DNA of 64,000 nt from Bispira polyomma. Lineage: Eukaryota. Position numbers and translations under genes: made by a program. The notes beneath the pieces were generated by a model. It was not told the DNA's origin. It saw only the letters and a program-made list of their open reading frames with translations, and ran no database searches. Location: NCBI GenBank assembly GCA_965649765.1, contig OZ287753.1, positions 69,254,001 through 69,318,000 on the forward strand, read 5' to 3'. Below, in pieces: positions 49,640 through 61,561 of the stretch (within the stretch, counting starts at the first letter, position 1; the number at the start of each line of letters is the position of its first letter).

Positions 49640-49900
49640 ATTCTCACATAAACAAGTACACTCCATTCAAAGTTTTCTATGCAGAGTATTTTCTCTTTAG
49701 GGATCTTTACTGAATAAGTGACTAGCCTTAACAAGGAAAGAGACTATCGCTTTTCTCTGTAAAACCTACCAAGAGGCCTGAATCTAAAGCTTTGTCTATT
49801 ACTGTCTGTATGTTCTGGAATAGTCTCCCAGTTGAGCTTAGATAACTTTAAGCATCTTCTGGCTTAAAACCTATCTCTTCAAACATGCTTACCCTCTTAT
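49640..49900 (+). mobile_element. CR1/L2-type LINE 3' remnant
   Basis: KALS...FWNSLPVELR...LKTYLFKHAY, typical ORF2 C-terminus. Confidence 0.5.
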
Positions 49901-50049
49901 TTCCCCACATCCTTCCTTTTGACCTGGCCATGACTTATTCATTCTGATGTTGCACTTTAGAAGATGCATCTCATCAATAAAAATACAGCACAACACTAGC
50001 TGGTGATCTGCACTATATCTGCAACCAGCATTCTAGTAATTGTATATAA

Positions 50050-50400
50050 AACATGTTTAGGCATATATTGTTATACAATGAGGACAGTTTATGGGTAATT
50101 AAATCTGTGTCAATATTTAACATATAATCTGCTAATATAGCACATCCATTATTTTGATTTTTTTAATGTCAGTACAGCTAATTTTTGCAATAATATGCAC
50201 ACTAAAGATATCTGGCATTCTCATACCACCAGAGTAATAATTTACTATAATTTTCCAATCCAAGAAAGATTAATTGACAAATATACAAAATCATTTCAAT
50301 GGATTCCAAACTGTCAAACTTTAATTTGATTGTTCCGTTTTTATCATTTGCAAACCATACACTTAATTTTGTAAAATCAATATAGGCTGATTGGTTGAAA
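50050..50400 (-). mobile_element. Short L1 ORF2 fragment related to L1-D
   Basis: GGMRMPDIFSVHIIAK, similar to GLRMHDIFSIHICAK at ~51350-51400. Confidence 0.5.
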
Positions 50401-53400
50401 TCTTGTGTAAAGCTTCAATTTCAATTTTTTATACTTTTTTTCTGTTTGTTGATTTTCTTGTATGACATATACATTAGCACAATTCGCAAAAAAACACTGT
50501 TACAATACAATGAAGACAAAAAAAACAAGATACAAATACAAATGCTATATGCACACAAGTAAATATGATGCTCTAGTGTGTCGATACAGGGGCAAAAATT
50601 ACAAAACAGGTTTTGTCTAATACTCCATTTATACAAATTATAGTTACAGTTTAAGGTTCTATTAATGATCCTATACTGGAATATTTGTAAATATGTTTCC
50701 TTTTTGCATTAAAAATACTTTTCCAGGGAGCGAATTCTAAAGATGGGAATAAATCTATCCATGTGTTAATAGAAGTAGGTTCTTTTAATTTTCTATTAAC
50801 TACCTCCCAGTATAGGGCTTTATTGCTCACTTGCTAAACCTACTCATTTTTCATTTTATCCTTATACAAATAGTGGATACTGCTGCATACCCGGAGTAAT
50901 TGTCTTTAACCTTTGTTTCCATGATTTTGGTATAGCGCTACAAAAAAAGTATTATAATTGTATAAACTATTATTCCACTTGACTTTTTAGGTTTTGAAAT
51001 TTTAGAAGATGTCCCTTATCATCTACAATATCTTTTATTGTTATATTCTTTGTATTGCTCTTTCATAATTTAAAAAGGTTGTTTTCTAGAGGTTTGCTGT
51101 CTGAACATATAAATTTGTTGTCATATAAGTAATTATTCAATATTTCCTCTAAGGTCTCTGGAGGTCTGCTGTTAATTACATGCCAGCATTCCAATACCTA
51201 TTAGTGAAAAACATTGTGGCCTTTATAACAGTAAGACAATGGTAATTTATGTGTAATTAAATTTCTATCAATATTTAACATATACCATGTTAATGATGCC
51301 CATTTTGGCATTTGAGTATAATTGAAAGTAATCTTTTAATCCATTTTATTTTAGCACAAATATGAATACTAAAGATATCATGCATTCGAAGCCCTGCTGA
51401 GCTAAAGTTAGATGAAATGGGTTCTTTCTTCTTAGCAGGTTTCTTGTCCCATAAAAAATTGAATAACATTTTATCTATTTTTTCAAGTATATTACTGAGG
51501 TATTACCAGAGTTTTCATAATCAAATATCAAATATTTCTTTCCATGAGAGATTTCTAGACAACCAAATATTCAAGATCTTTTCCATAGATTTCAATCTAC
51601 TGTCAAAATTTAGTCTGGTCATTTCCGCTTGGTCAAAGGAGCTTGGTTAAAAGCATCATGACTGGCGTGAATCTTACCAAGTTCTTTTGGGAGTTTTAAT
51701 TTACATTTCCCTACAGGTACTGTTGCTTTTTCTAAATTTATTTTTAGACCAGAACATTTTTTGAAATTGTTCAATGATGAAACGGAGTCTACTAATGAAG
51801 CAATATTACTTAGAAATAAAGTTGTATCATCTGCCAGTTGGCATATTTTGTATTCCTCTTTACCCACATTAATTCCACTGATAGCCTATAGCCTACTGAA
51901 TGTATATAGCCAAAATCTCTGCTACTAAAAAAAAGTAGTGCTGAGATAGGACACCCTTGGCGTATTCCCCTAGTGAGGTTGAAGTATTGTAAGAAGTAGC
52001 CATTATTGCAAACACAAGACTGGATATTCTTGTAAAGTATATTTGTCCACTTTAAGAATGTTTCACCAAAGTTGCAGGATTATAAGCATTTAGAAAGAAA
52101 AGACCATTCTACATTATCAAATACTTTTTCAAAATCAACAAGTACTAAATAGCCAGGTAAGTTGCTTGTATCAGAGTAAGATATGATATCTTCTATAATT
52201 TGAACATTCTGTCCAATGTATCTATCTTTCATATATCCAACTTGATCATTATTAATCAATTTGGGCAGAACTTTTTGAAGTGCTTTTGTTAATGTTTTGT
52301 AGTCTGTATTCAAAATACTAACAGGCCTCCAGTTACGTAGGTACCTTAAATCTTTACCTTCTTTTGGAATAAGTTTGAGAATATCTCTTCTTTGATCATC
52401 TGTCAGTGTGCCACTTTCAAGAGAGTAGTTGAAGCTATCAAAAAATATATTTTTAATATCAGACCAAAAAAACTTATAGAAATTAGTTGTGAACCCATCA
52501 TTTCCAGGTGTTTTCTCATTAGATAATTGCTTTAATGTTGTTGAAATTTCTTTCATCATTAATACTTCATCACAAAATTGATTCTCTAAATTATCCAATT
52601 TTGGGATATTTTGGTCAGTATGAAAGATTTTTTCAATATGATCTGTCTCCCTAATCTTTGACGAATAAAAATTTTTGTAAAAAAGTTTCTGTCCCATCAA
52701 AATAACATCTGGCTGTGTGAGCTTTTGATTTGAGAATAATACCGTCTGTCTTTATTTTTTCTAATTTTTCCCACTTTGATTTAGTTTCATAATATTCATT
52801 CATTTTATCTGGGTTTTCATTCATCTCTTCTTCTAACATTTCAAAATCGCATTTTCATTCTCCCTTGTTTGCCTTGACTTTTGTTTTGCAAATATAATTG
52901 TTTTTATTTGTAATTGGCATTTCACAAAGTCCCATAAAATATTCTTACTATCCATTACTACATCTGTTTTAATAGTCTCAACCTCTCTCTTGATCATGTC
53001 AATGTAATCCATTTCTTGGAGTAATTTATTATTAAATTTCCAATAACTAGGACCTCTCTGATGTGTATCTAATATTTGGATTTTTAGTTTAATCACACAA
53101 TAATCAGACCTATTACCTGGTTTTATAGTACATTCTATATGACCTGATAAGTAACATATTCTGATATCAACCAGAAGTCTAATTTGGACTGTATAAGTCC
53201 ACCTCTTGACCTTTCTTGTCTTGTAAATTGTAACTCATTTGGATGTCTCAATCTCTATATGTCCACTAAGTTTAATTCCTCCATTAAACTTTCTGTTTTG
53301 TATATCAAGAAGTCACACCACTCATCCCTCCCTTTTTGTCTAAAACACAGTTAACTTGAGTATTAAAGTCGCCCCCTATTATTAGGTTGCCTGAACTATA

Positions 53401-54237
53401 ACCTTGTAATAATTTCTCTCATATCTGACAAAAATTTGATATGGAAATCTAAGTGGTCCTTTGTTGGGGCATAAATAGATATCAGTACAATGGACATATC
53501 TTCAATTTTACAGTTAATAATAAGCATTCTACCTTCGTCATCTTTAACTACTGTAATTATTTTAAAACTGAATCTTAAATTCTCCGGAAAGTTTCCCCTT
53601 TCCATTCTTTCCCCCAATTTATCTCCTCTGCAGTGTGTTTCTTGTACATAAGTAATACCAGCATGTACCTTTTTTAACCACTGAAATATATTTTAACGAT
53701 TTTTTAATTCTCTCAGTCTCCTACAGTTGAAGGAATTGACCACTAATTCATCAGTTTTGATTGGAATTTTGTATTCTTGATCTTGCAGCTTGATGAACTT
53801 TTTTATACTACAATTCCCATATGAAAAATTTTGATATGAGAATAACAAAAATTTATATGTCTTGTAAATTACTTTAGTTATAACTGTGACCACATCAACA
53901 TACATACATGACCATTTCAGTATCAAATATTGTACACCTGAATAATAAAACCATAATATGTATTTTATATATAATCATTTTAGTATTGAATGTTGTCCAC
54001 ATAAAACAAAAAACATAAAAATAACAAATATTACATAAAACAAGTATTCCATACACTCTGTATGTGAGTACATTCTGCCAGCATTAGCTAACATGACAAG
54101 GAAAATGCAGTGTGTCATGTTTTTAGAGTACATCAGTCGGTACAGACATTAAACACAGTACCTGTATAAATACTGTACCTGTTTCCAAATATCTTAGAAC
54201 TATTTGCTTTCGCAACTTTTCTTTTAACTACTACCAC

Positions 54238-54460
54238 TAACTAAACTAATTTTAACTGTCCCATGAGATGAACCATAGCATATGTTGCATTAAAAAAATA
54301 GATAACCCATATTATTTGCTCTATAGAACTTTAAAAATAACTAGAAGCTAACTCTAACTAAAATAATTTTAACTCTCCCATAAGATCAACTATAGCATAT
54401 GTTGCACTAAAAAAATAGATAAATATTTTGTCTATAAAAATTTTAATAATAACTAGAAGC
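54238..54460. repeat. ~111-bp imperfect tandem duplication in the L1-D inter-ORF spacer
   Basis: TTTAACT.TCCCAT.AGAT.AAC.ATAGCATATGTTGCA...ATAACTAGAAGC x2. Confidence 0.85.
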
Positions 54461-55039
54461 AATCAACATATAAGTATAGGTACAATTTGTACATCAACTG
54501 CAGTAAGTGTGCTATTTCAACATTTCAACATGCAACATTGTTTTCAGACTATAAATACATAATGTTTTAAACATTAACTTCAATTCATTCTTAAAGTTGT
54601 CCACTAGAAGTATCAAGTACTGTTTACATTATAGTTAAAAATGGTTACCACAGAGTTACTACAATTACTCTGTGGTTGTTCACTCTTATAGATTTATTAA
54701 TACAAAAACATTATGTACATGTGTACTTTATGGTACTTAATTACATTCTAGCTTTCAACTTTAAAAAATACTTAAATGTTGATGTTTTGGTACTCACAAA
54801 GATTATATTTTTTTTAGAATCAAGCTTTACATAATCTAAAAAGTTTAATAGCTCTTTGGTTACCTAGTATAGTTAATTTAAATATATGATGATACTTGTA
54901 GATGCTTATGTTATTCAGCCTTACAATGTATACCAAAACAAGAAAGTATAGCAATGCTCAGCAATAGTCTTTAGTAAATGTTCTTTTCCCTGATTTATCT
55001 CTAAAGTGTTTCTCATATAGTTCATTTTTTACTCACAGT

Positions 55040-56345
55040 TCAGGACAGTTGTTGGTTTTTCATTCTTTCCCTAATGTCTGTTAGACTGTTACCTAAGACA
55101 TTCTTCCCTAGCCAGCAGTTCTTATCCAGAATATTCGGATCAGATAGGCACAGCCCACAGGAAAAGAACTTGTCACTTTGATTTGCTTCTACCAAGGTTC
55201 CGTGGGACGACATCAGTTTCTCTTTCAGTTTTGTGTTTTGGTTAAACTTCAGTAGACATGCCTTTCTCATTGTTGACTCTGCGAGAGACTGCCACCTCTG
55301 CTCATCCAGACCTTTGATTTGATAAGAAAGACCCTTCATTCTGTTTGGCTCTGTTGCTCTCATGATGGCACTTGCAGTATTTTTGTCATTAAAGTACAAA
55401 TTTTTCTTCTATAGATAGAACTGCTCAGAGCGTGAATAGCTGGTCCCTTCATTAATAAAATGGCTTGCGTGGAAGTTGCTGAGGTAAGACTCACTCCTAA
55501 AGAAGAAAGTGGAATCACATTCCCTTAGTGCTCCACTTTCACGGTCCATCTCAGTTTTTGTGGAAGACTTTCTGTATTTTCCACTGTATACTTCTTGCCT
55601 TCAATAAATAGTTTGTCCCCCTTTAAAGAACACTGCTTAACCCCTAAATCTTTCCTAGCGGCCTTGAAGCATGGAAGCAAGATCCTCCTATTCTCTCTGA
55701 CTGATTTTGGGTAATCTTCTCTCACAAAGTGAATCCTACCTTTCAGTTTCAAGCTAGCTCTCCTTATTTCCTCTCTGTCTGGGTAGTATTGAAAGCGGAC
55801 TATGACTGTTCTTGGTCTCTTGTTACTATAAGAAGCAGGAGGGTGGAACTTACCCAGCCTGTGAACTCTGCCCAGCAACATTTTTCTTTCCTTGGTGACT
55901 TTAAGTGTATTTTTGAAGGAACTTTCAACTTGATATTTTCATCTGGAGATTCAGGTATCCCATCAATTAACAAATTATATAATAGGACTGTAAATTGGTC
56001 ACATTATCTCCTAACTTATGTAGAGTTGCATCCTGTTCTTTACTTTTGTCTTCCAATTTATTTACTTTGAGCTCAAGCTTGTCAATGTCATTTTGCATCT
56101 CTGCTTCAACTTTCTCAACTGCTTTGATTTCCTTTTTTATAATATTCAGTTTATTAATAATGAATGAAAATGCCTCAACAAACCAGTCTGGAGCACTCTT
56201 GTGTACCTTTAACACTGCTTCATTTTTTTTCAATGTCTGTTAAGCCGTCATCCTTGTTTGGTGATAACTTATTATCCATCCTTTTTATCACAGACTGTTC
56301 TGACAGGGGTGATACTAATAGCTCTTTTGCCCCTCTCTTATTCAT
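55040..56345 (-). pseudogene. L1 ORF1p (coiled coil-RRM-CTD) with C-terminal NADAR domain (L1-D)
   Basis: Coiled coil (IKAVEKVEAEMQNDIDKLELKVNKLE), LIDGIPE, RVHRLGK...PRTVIVRF, EDYP...RR.L, GDKLFIEGKKY; then FF.SESYLSNFH...SEQFY..KK...KFNQNTKLKEKLM...LVEANQSDKFFSCG...WLGKNVLGNSLTDIR; several frameshifts and a stop. Confidence 0.9.
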
Positions 56346-57854
56346 TATTTGTTATCAAGATACTTACTAATGTATACTATTGATATCCAGGCGAAGAAAC
56401 AATGAATCAGGGATGGCTATATCTAAACAACACACAGAAGAGTTTAGCCAGTGTTTACAAAATGTCACTCTTCAGTACTTCAGTTCCAACTTTCACCCTT
56501 CTACTTAAGTTCATTTAGTTCAAACAGTATTGCTGTACTTTTCTGCATTCTCTGACACCACACCTATACTTTATTTAGACATGTTCCAAATAAATGCCTC
56601 AGTTAATTAATTTATGTCTTTATGACCATAGGTTTATTCAGTACACTTTTTCCTTGACCCCACTAAGATTTCAACAGGCCTTCAATATTGTTGTCAGTAT
56701 ATGGTCCTTTTCATGCCTCAATGCACACCACTGACACTTTTATGTATTTACCAAAATTATAAAAAATATTTTCAAATATATGTTTCCTTGTTTCTTCTGA
56801 GTTACAAACAATATTTTCCGAAAAGCTGTGCCTCCATGATCCAAAGGATTTGTTCTTTCTGCTGTTATAATTTTCCACATATAAAAATATAAATTTCTAC
56901 TTCAAAATAGCTTAAACTGTAAGTTACAAAATTCCCATGTCTTCTACATCTCACTCACACAAAAAAATCTCTAGAAAGTTTATCACTAGATTGAAATAAA
57001 TTCCAGTAATTAAGCCATAGCCGTAGTACAGACATAGACTAGTGCTTTAGTCAAACAGGTATTCAGTGCAAACTCCTTAATGTTTTACTTTAAAATGGAA
57101 ACTACTTGTAACCTATAGTACAGTTTTTGCTTGTGTCCTGGATTATAAGGGTTAAGAACTTGTTTGAAGTTAATTGCTTAGCCAGGTTTATGTCGATTTT
57201 TTATATTAATTTTACCAATGCTTACAATGATAGCTTTCCCCAAATTTATCTTTATACCTTGATACTCAAATTTTCAAAATTGAAACTGCTGTGAATTTGG
57301 ATTAAATATCATTGGCAAGCTAATCAATGGAGATGTACAAGTGTATTCAGTTTTGCAAACGTAAGCTACATTTTCACTTGTATATACTGAGACATGTTCT
57401 TCAATAAGCATTTGTACAGTTGCAAAAAGTTTGGTTTGTACTTAGAGTACCAGAATTAATGTACATAATGAGATCAATTAGAGACGGGCATCACCAAGTC
57501 GTTGTAATCCCAAAAATAAAGCAAAAAACAAATCCTTGATCTGCCATTTTACCTGGATACACTTCAAAGTTGACTAATATACACATATTTTACCATGGTA
57601 GTCAACCAATACAAGTCAAGACTAGTCAGGTTATAAAACACTGGTACCAACACCTATGGTAAAGGATACTTTTAGTGCTTTAACATTAATTGTTCAGTGC
57701 AAATAAAATGATATCATAGGTTCAGCATGAGAGTTTACATGGAAAGTAGCACAATCTCGAATTTGTTTAAATACCATATAATAATTACTCATACAATCCC
57801 AAAATGTTGTCCCAAGTTTTTTTAAAACTACTTCACATGCAACATTAATTCTCA

Positions 57855-59009
57855 CTAAATATGTTTTGGTAGACCATTGAAATAGTTAACACTAATGTTG
57901 CATTTTTTTTCCTTGTATTCATTGAAAGCAGCAATTTCTTTTTTTAAACAGTCATATGTCTGGAACAGGTTGTGGAAATTGAGTTGTGCCATACACCCAT
58001 AAATTCCATGGTAAGTACCGTATGATGGTTTGAGTCCTGTTGCATGGAGTAATCCAATCCCATTATTTGTGGCTTTCTCACAGTTTATAAACGATGGACC
58101 AATGCAGGAATCCATAGACCTTCTAAAGTTCCATTCACAAGGCAATAGAAAATGTTGTTCTGGATTTAAATTAAAAAATTTTACTAAGAGATCCTGATCA
58201 TCGTTATTTGACAACCTCCCAATTTTCACATTTGCTGTTTCTATTAGCTTCTCTTTAAAGAAGACTTGACGCAGCTTGCCTAAGTCCATCATCATTATTC
58301 CAGCATTAATGCCATAACCATCAAGTAATATAGAGTCCTTATATTTCATGTGTATCCTTAAATGGGCATATCTGGAACCAAGTGAAGTTGATATGGTGTT
58401 GTTCACACCGAATCCATCAAACAAACTCCACATTTTGCCTAAATCATCTAAAGCTACAACATCTGAGTCCAGGTAGATCATTTTTGATGTGCTTCTCTGA
58501 ACAGTGTTCGAGTTTAGCATTGTTATGTAAGCACATAGCTTATGGTCAATTTTAGAGCCACTCTGTTGCATCTGTTGTGCCCACTTGCTACAGTTCAATT
58601 CTAGTTGAATCACCGTGACTTTGGCTTGGATGTCCAGTGGCCATGTCCTGACCTCATTCTGTAACATTTTGGCAGATTGATCGCCTGTGAGAATGTAAAA
58701 TGTTACAGGCCATTTAGTCAAAAACACTATGGATTTCATCAATGTAAGGGAATATTTATAATAGATACTTCCCTCAGTTAGAACAGCAATATGTAGTCTA
58801 TTATATGTTTTGAATGCCACATTTCTCATTGACGTTGTAAGACTGTCATTCTTTAAATGTTTGCCACAATTCCTGCATTCAGTGACACTTGCAACTGCCA
58901 AAGGTTGCGGTGTTTTTATCCACAAATCCATTCTAACATATAATGTGTGTAATACTACGCTCAGCAACAAAGTCACACAGATTAATGTTAAGATTACCTT
59001 AATAGTCAT
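57855..59009 (-). CDS. GT8-family glycosyltransferase, glucoside xylosyltransferase (GXYLT)-like, single coding exon, 384 aa
   Basis: Intact ORF; N-terminal TM anchor; TLMKSIV, YLDSDV (DxD), GINAGIMMMDL, DQDLL, LPCEWNFR, LLH. Confidence 0.9.
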   Translation of the reverse strand: MTIKVILTLICVTLLLSVVLHTLYVRMDLWIKTPQPLAVASVTECRNCGKHLKNDSLTTSMRNVAFKTYNRLHIAVLTEGSIYYKYSLTLMKSIVFLTKWPVTFYILTGDQSAKMLQNEVRTWPLDIQAKVTVIQLELNCSKWAQQMQQSGSKIDHKLCAYITMLNSNTVQRSTSKMIYLDSDVVALDDLGKMWSLFDGFGVNNTISTSLGSRYAHLRIHMKYKDSILLDGYGINAGIMMMDLGKLRQVFFKEKLIETANVKIGRLSNNDDQDLLVKFFNLNPEQHFLLPCEWNFRRSMDSCIGPSFINCEKATNNGIGLLHATGLKPSYGTYHGIYGCMAQLNFHNLFQTYDCLKKEIAAFNEYKEKKCNISVNYFNGLPKHI

Positions 59010-59601
59010 TCTAACTTTTAAAACAACTGAAAGTATGTATGATGATCTAAATAGACGTTCTTACAAATACAAACCAAAGATATTTATGTTTTAGCATTGA
59101 TTTTAAATAATGATTATCAATATAATAAATAAAGGTATGTTTCATGATCTAAATGACAGTTTTACAGACACCAACAGAATGTACTTATATTCTAGCATCC
59201 ATTCCACTAATGGTTATCAATAATCGACTAATCGACTCAATAATGATTTTTTAGAATGATTCACAATAATTATTATGTAAAAATTGCAATTAATCATTTC
59301 AAGGAGTGATTTTACTGTCACCTGCCAACTATCTCTGGGTTAAGGTCAATAATACAGTATTCTCTCACTCTGGGCTTCTCTGCTAAGTCATGAAATTGTT
59401 TTATTGGATATTTGTGTAAACAGTACAACATTACCACTGCTACATTTCTTCATTGCACAAATGATATAAAAGCATGTCGGTTTGTGTGTTGTAAAGCAAA
59501 ACCCACACACTGTCTTGTGGTGCATCCCCTGATGTAAAATTTAATGTATGTGTATATTTCTCCATGTCCAGTCCCACACAGTCCACATATTTTATTATTT
59601 A

Positions 59602-60147
59602 TTCCATGGTCACACTGAGTATGTTTCGGTTGTTTTTTTGTAAATGGAAGAAAACAAAGTGAAAAATGGTGGGAAAATCTTGAAACGTAGCAAAAATCAA
59701 ATGAATAGGCTGTTTCGTACACGTTCAGTATGCATCTGTACACATTTGTACACACCTTTTAATACGTTTTAATAGCCATTTCAATTTTGTTTTAATAATA
59801 CGTTAGCCTCATTAGCCATATTTTTAGAAATATGTTATCCACGCTTCTAAACCCGTTTCAGTCCCCTTCTCATTTTTAATGTTTGTAAACCGTTTTTTTT
59901 CTTGTTCTCCTCGTCCTTAATATTATTTGTAGGTATAGTTTGTTCAAATACTCATTAAATATGTGTTATACGTTTGCCGCAAATGCATCACCCATTTCCG
60001 GCAAATTTTCAGCAAACGGCTAAAAATGTAAAAAATTTCGAGCAGTCTGAAAATTTAGACGTTTTTTTTAAAAACTTCACTCTGTTTAAGCTTACGTTAG
60101 CCATTTTTTGTGCGTAAACTAAACGTAAGCTCTGTGTGACCAAGGCA
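59602..60147. mobile_element. PIF/Harbinger-type MITE (third copy)
   Basis: TTA|TTCCATGGTCACACTGAG ... CTCTGTGTGACCAAGGCA|TTA. Confidence 0.8.
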
Positions 60148-61561
60148 TTACATTCATTCTTTAGTTTACATTGTATGAACTATTGTTCTGTACTTATATA
60201 ATGTTATTGATCAAGTTGTTAGCAGCAATAAAGATTATATTATCGCATCAGATTTCTTCAATGAAGTAGATTTAAATTTTCTTTTATTTCTACACAATTT
60301 AATGGAGAAATGTCTAAAAAATTTGTGTAAAATCTCAAAATAGAAGACACGAATATGTATATAAAAAGACTGGCACATCCAGTTACCATAATGTGAATTA
60401 ATAAACAAACACTTGATGCTGTGTAGAAATGAACTGTAAACATGACTGTTCAATTGAAGCCTGCTTTGGCTGGGTCAAGTTTTTCACGAACCATGCCTTT
60501 CTGACCTAAGTTTGTGAGGCGCCAATTTTTAATCTCATAACTTTTTAATCTTAAAACTTTTCTTTAAAATATTGGATATGAACAGCAACTATTTTGAGAC
60601 TGTGGTATTATACTGCGTTTAAACTTTCCATTGATGAACTTCACACATAGCTGTTTTCATGACATGAATGTTGCCTGTTTGAACTATTGATGACGGCTGT
60701 ATCTTTTTCTTTCTATTTCTAGTCAAAATCTTATATCTTTTGCACACCATTTTACGTTTTTATGATTGTTACACCCTTATCTGTGTGGTAAATACACCAA
60801 AAGTACAGTTTTATTTGTAATCTAGAATGGCACATAGAATACAAATGTTTATAAATAAAACCAAATCTAAGTGGCAAGAAGCCATCTTAAATAATAATGT
60901 TGCTTAACTTTTACATGGATCTTAGTCATTTCATTCTTCATTTTAATCATTTTATTCTTCATTTCAATCAAGTAGATCTTCGTCGACTGTGCCAGTGGAT
61001 CTAGTGGTTACAGCGTTCCTATGTTATAATAACTCTGTTTTGGGACTTGCAATTATTAGCTTCAATATGTTGGGGCATTTTGATACAGTTTTCACACCGT
61101 TATCTGGTGTTTTTTGTTTTCGAATCTCTGACTCAATATGCGAAATTATCAAAACTTATCATATATTTTATAGACATGGTGCTGAGAAAAACATCTGATT
61201 GAGAGGCATATGGTGAAAACCATCAAAAGTCTATAAACGAAAAATGTGTTTAGAATAGAAACAGACAGTGTTTCTGTAGTGAACAGTGCATCAGACTCAG
61301 GGAATATCTGAGTGAGAAATCCATTCCAATCCATTTATTTTGTTAACAATATTGTGTATTTTTTACTTGTTTTTTTAAAATATGTGTTGAAGATACAAGT
61401 TGCATAGTGAATGTTGCAAGTGTATGGTTACATGTCAGTTTCTACTCCTTATTAAAACTACAAGGCTCTAAATCACTAGTTTGTATGACACAATAATGTG
61501 TGAAGTTCTTAATATATTTAAGAGGTTTTGGGTGATAAGCGATAGTGATAGTACTACAAAA

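Larger units (their letters stand above)
50420..56345 (-). mobile_element. L1-D: near full-length L1/Tx1 LINE with ORF1p-NADAR fusion, ~1.3-kb spacer and degraded ORF2
   Basis: ORF1 56345-55040; ORF2 from ~53745 (NSFNCRRLR, VQETH, IYAPT, GGDFN, YWKFN, KTPGNDG, WRPVSILNTDYK, DFEK, GIRQGCP, QLADD, CNFC...EHH...C); A-rich end ~50420. Confidence 0.88.

Noticed and set aside
58810-59094. ORF 58810..59094+ (and 10806..11090-)
   Set aside because: Antisense shadow of the GT8 N-terminus.
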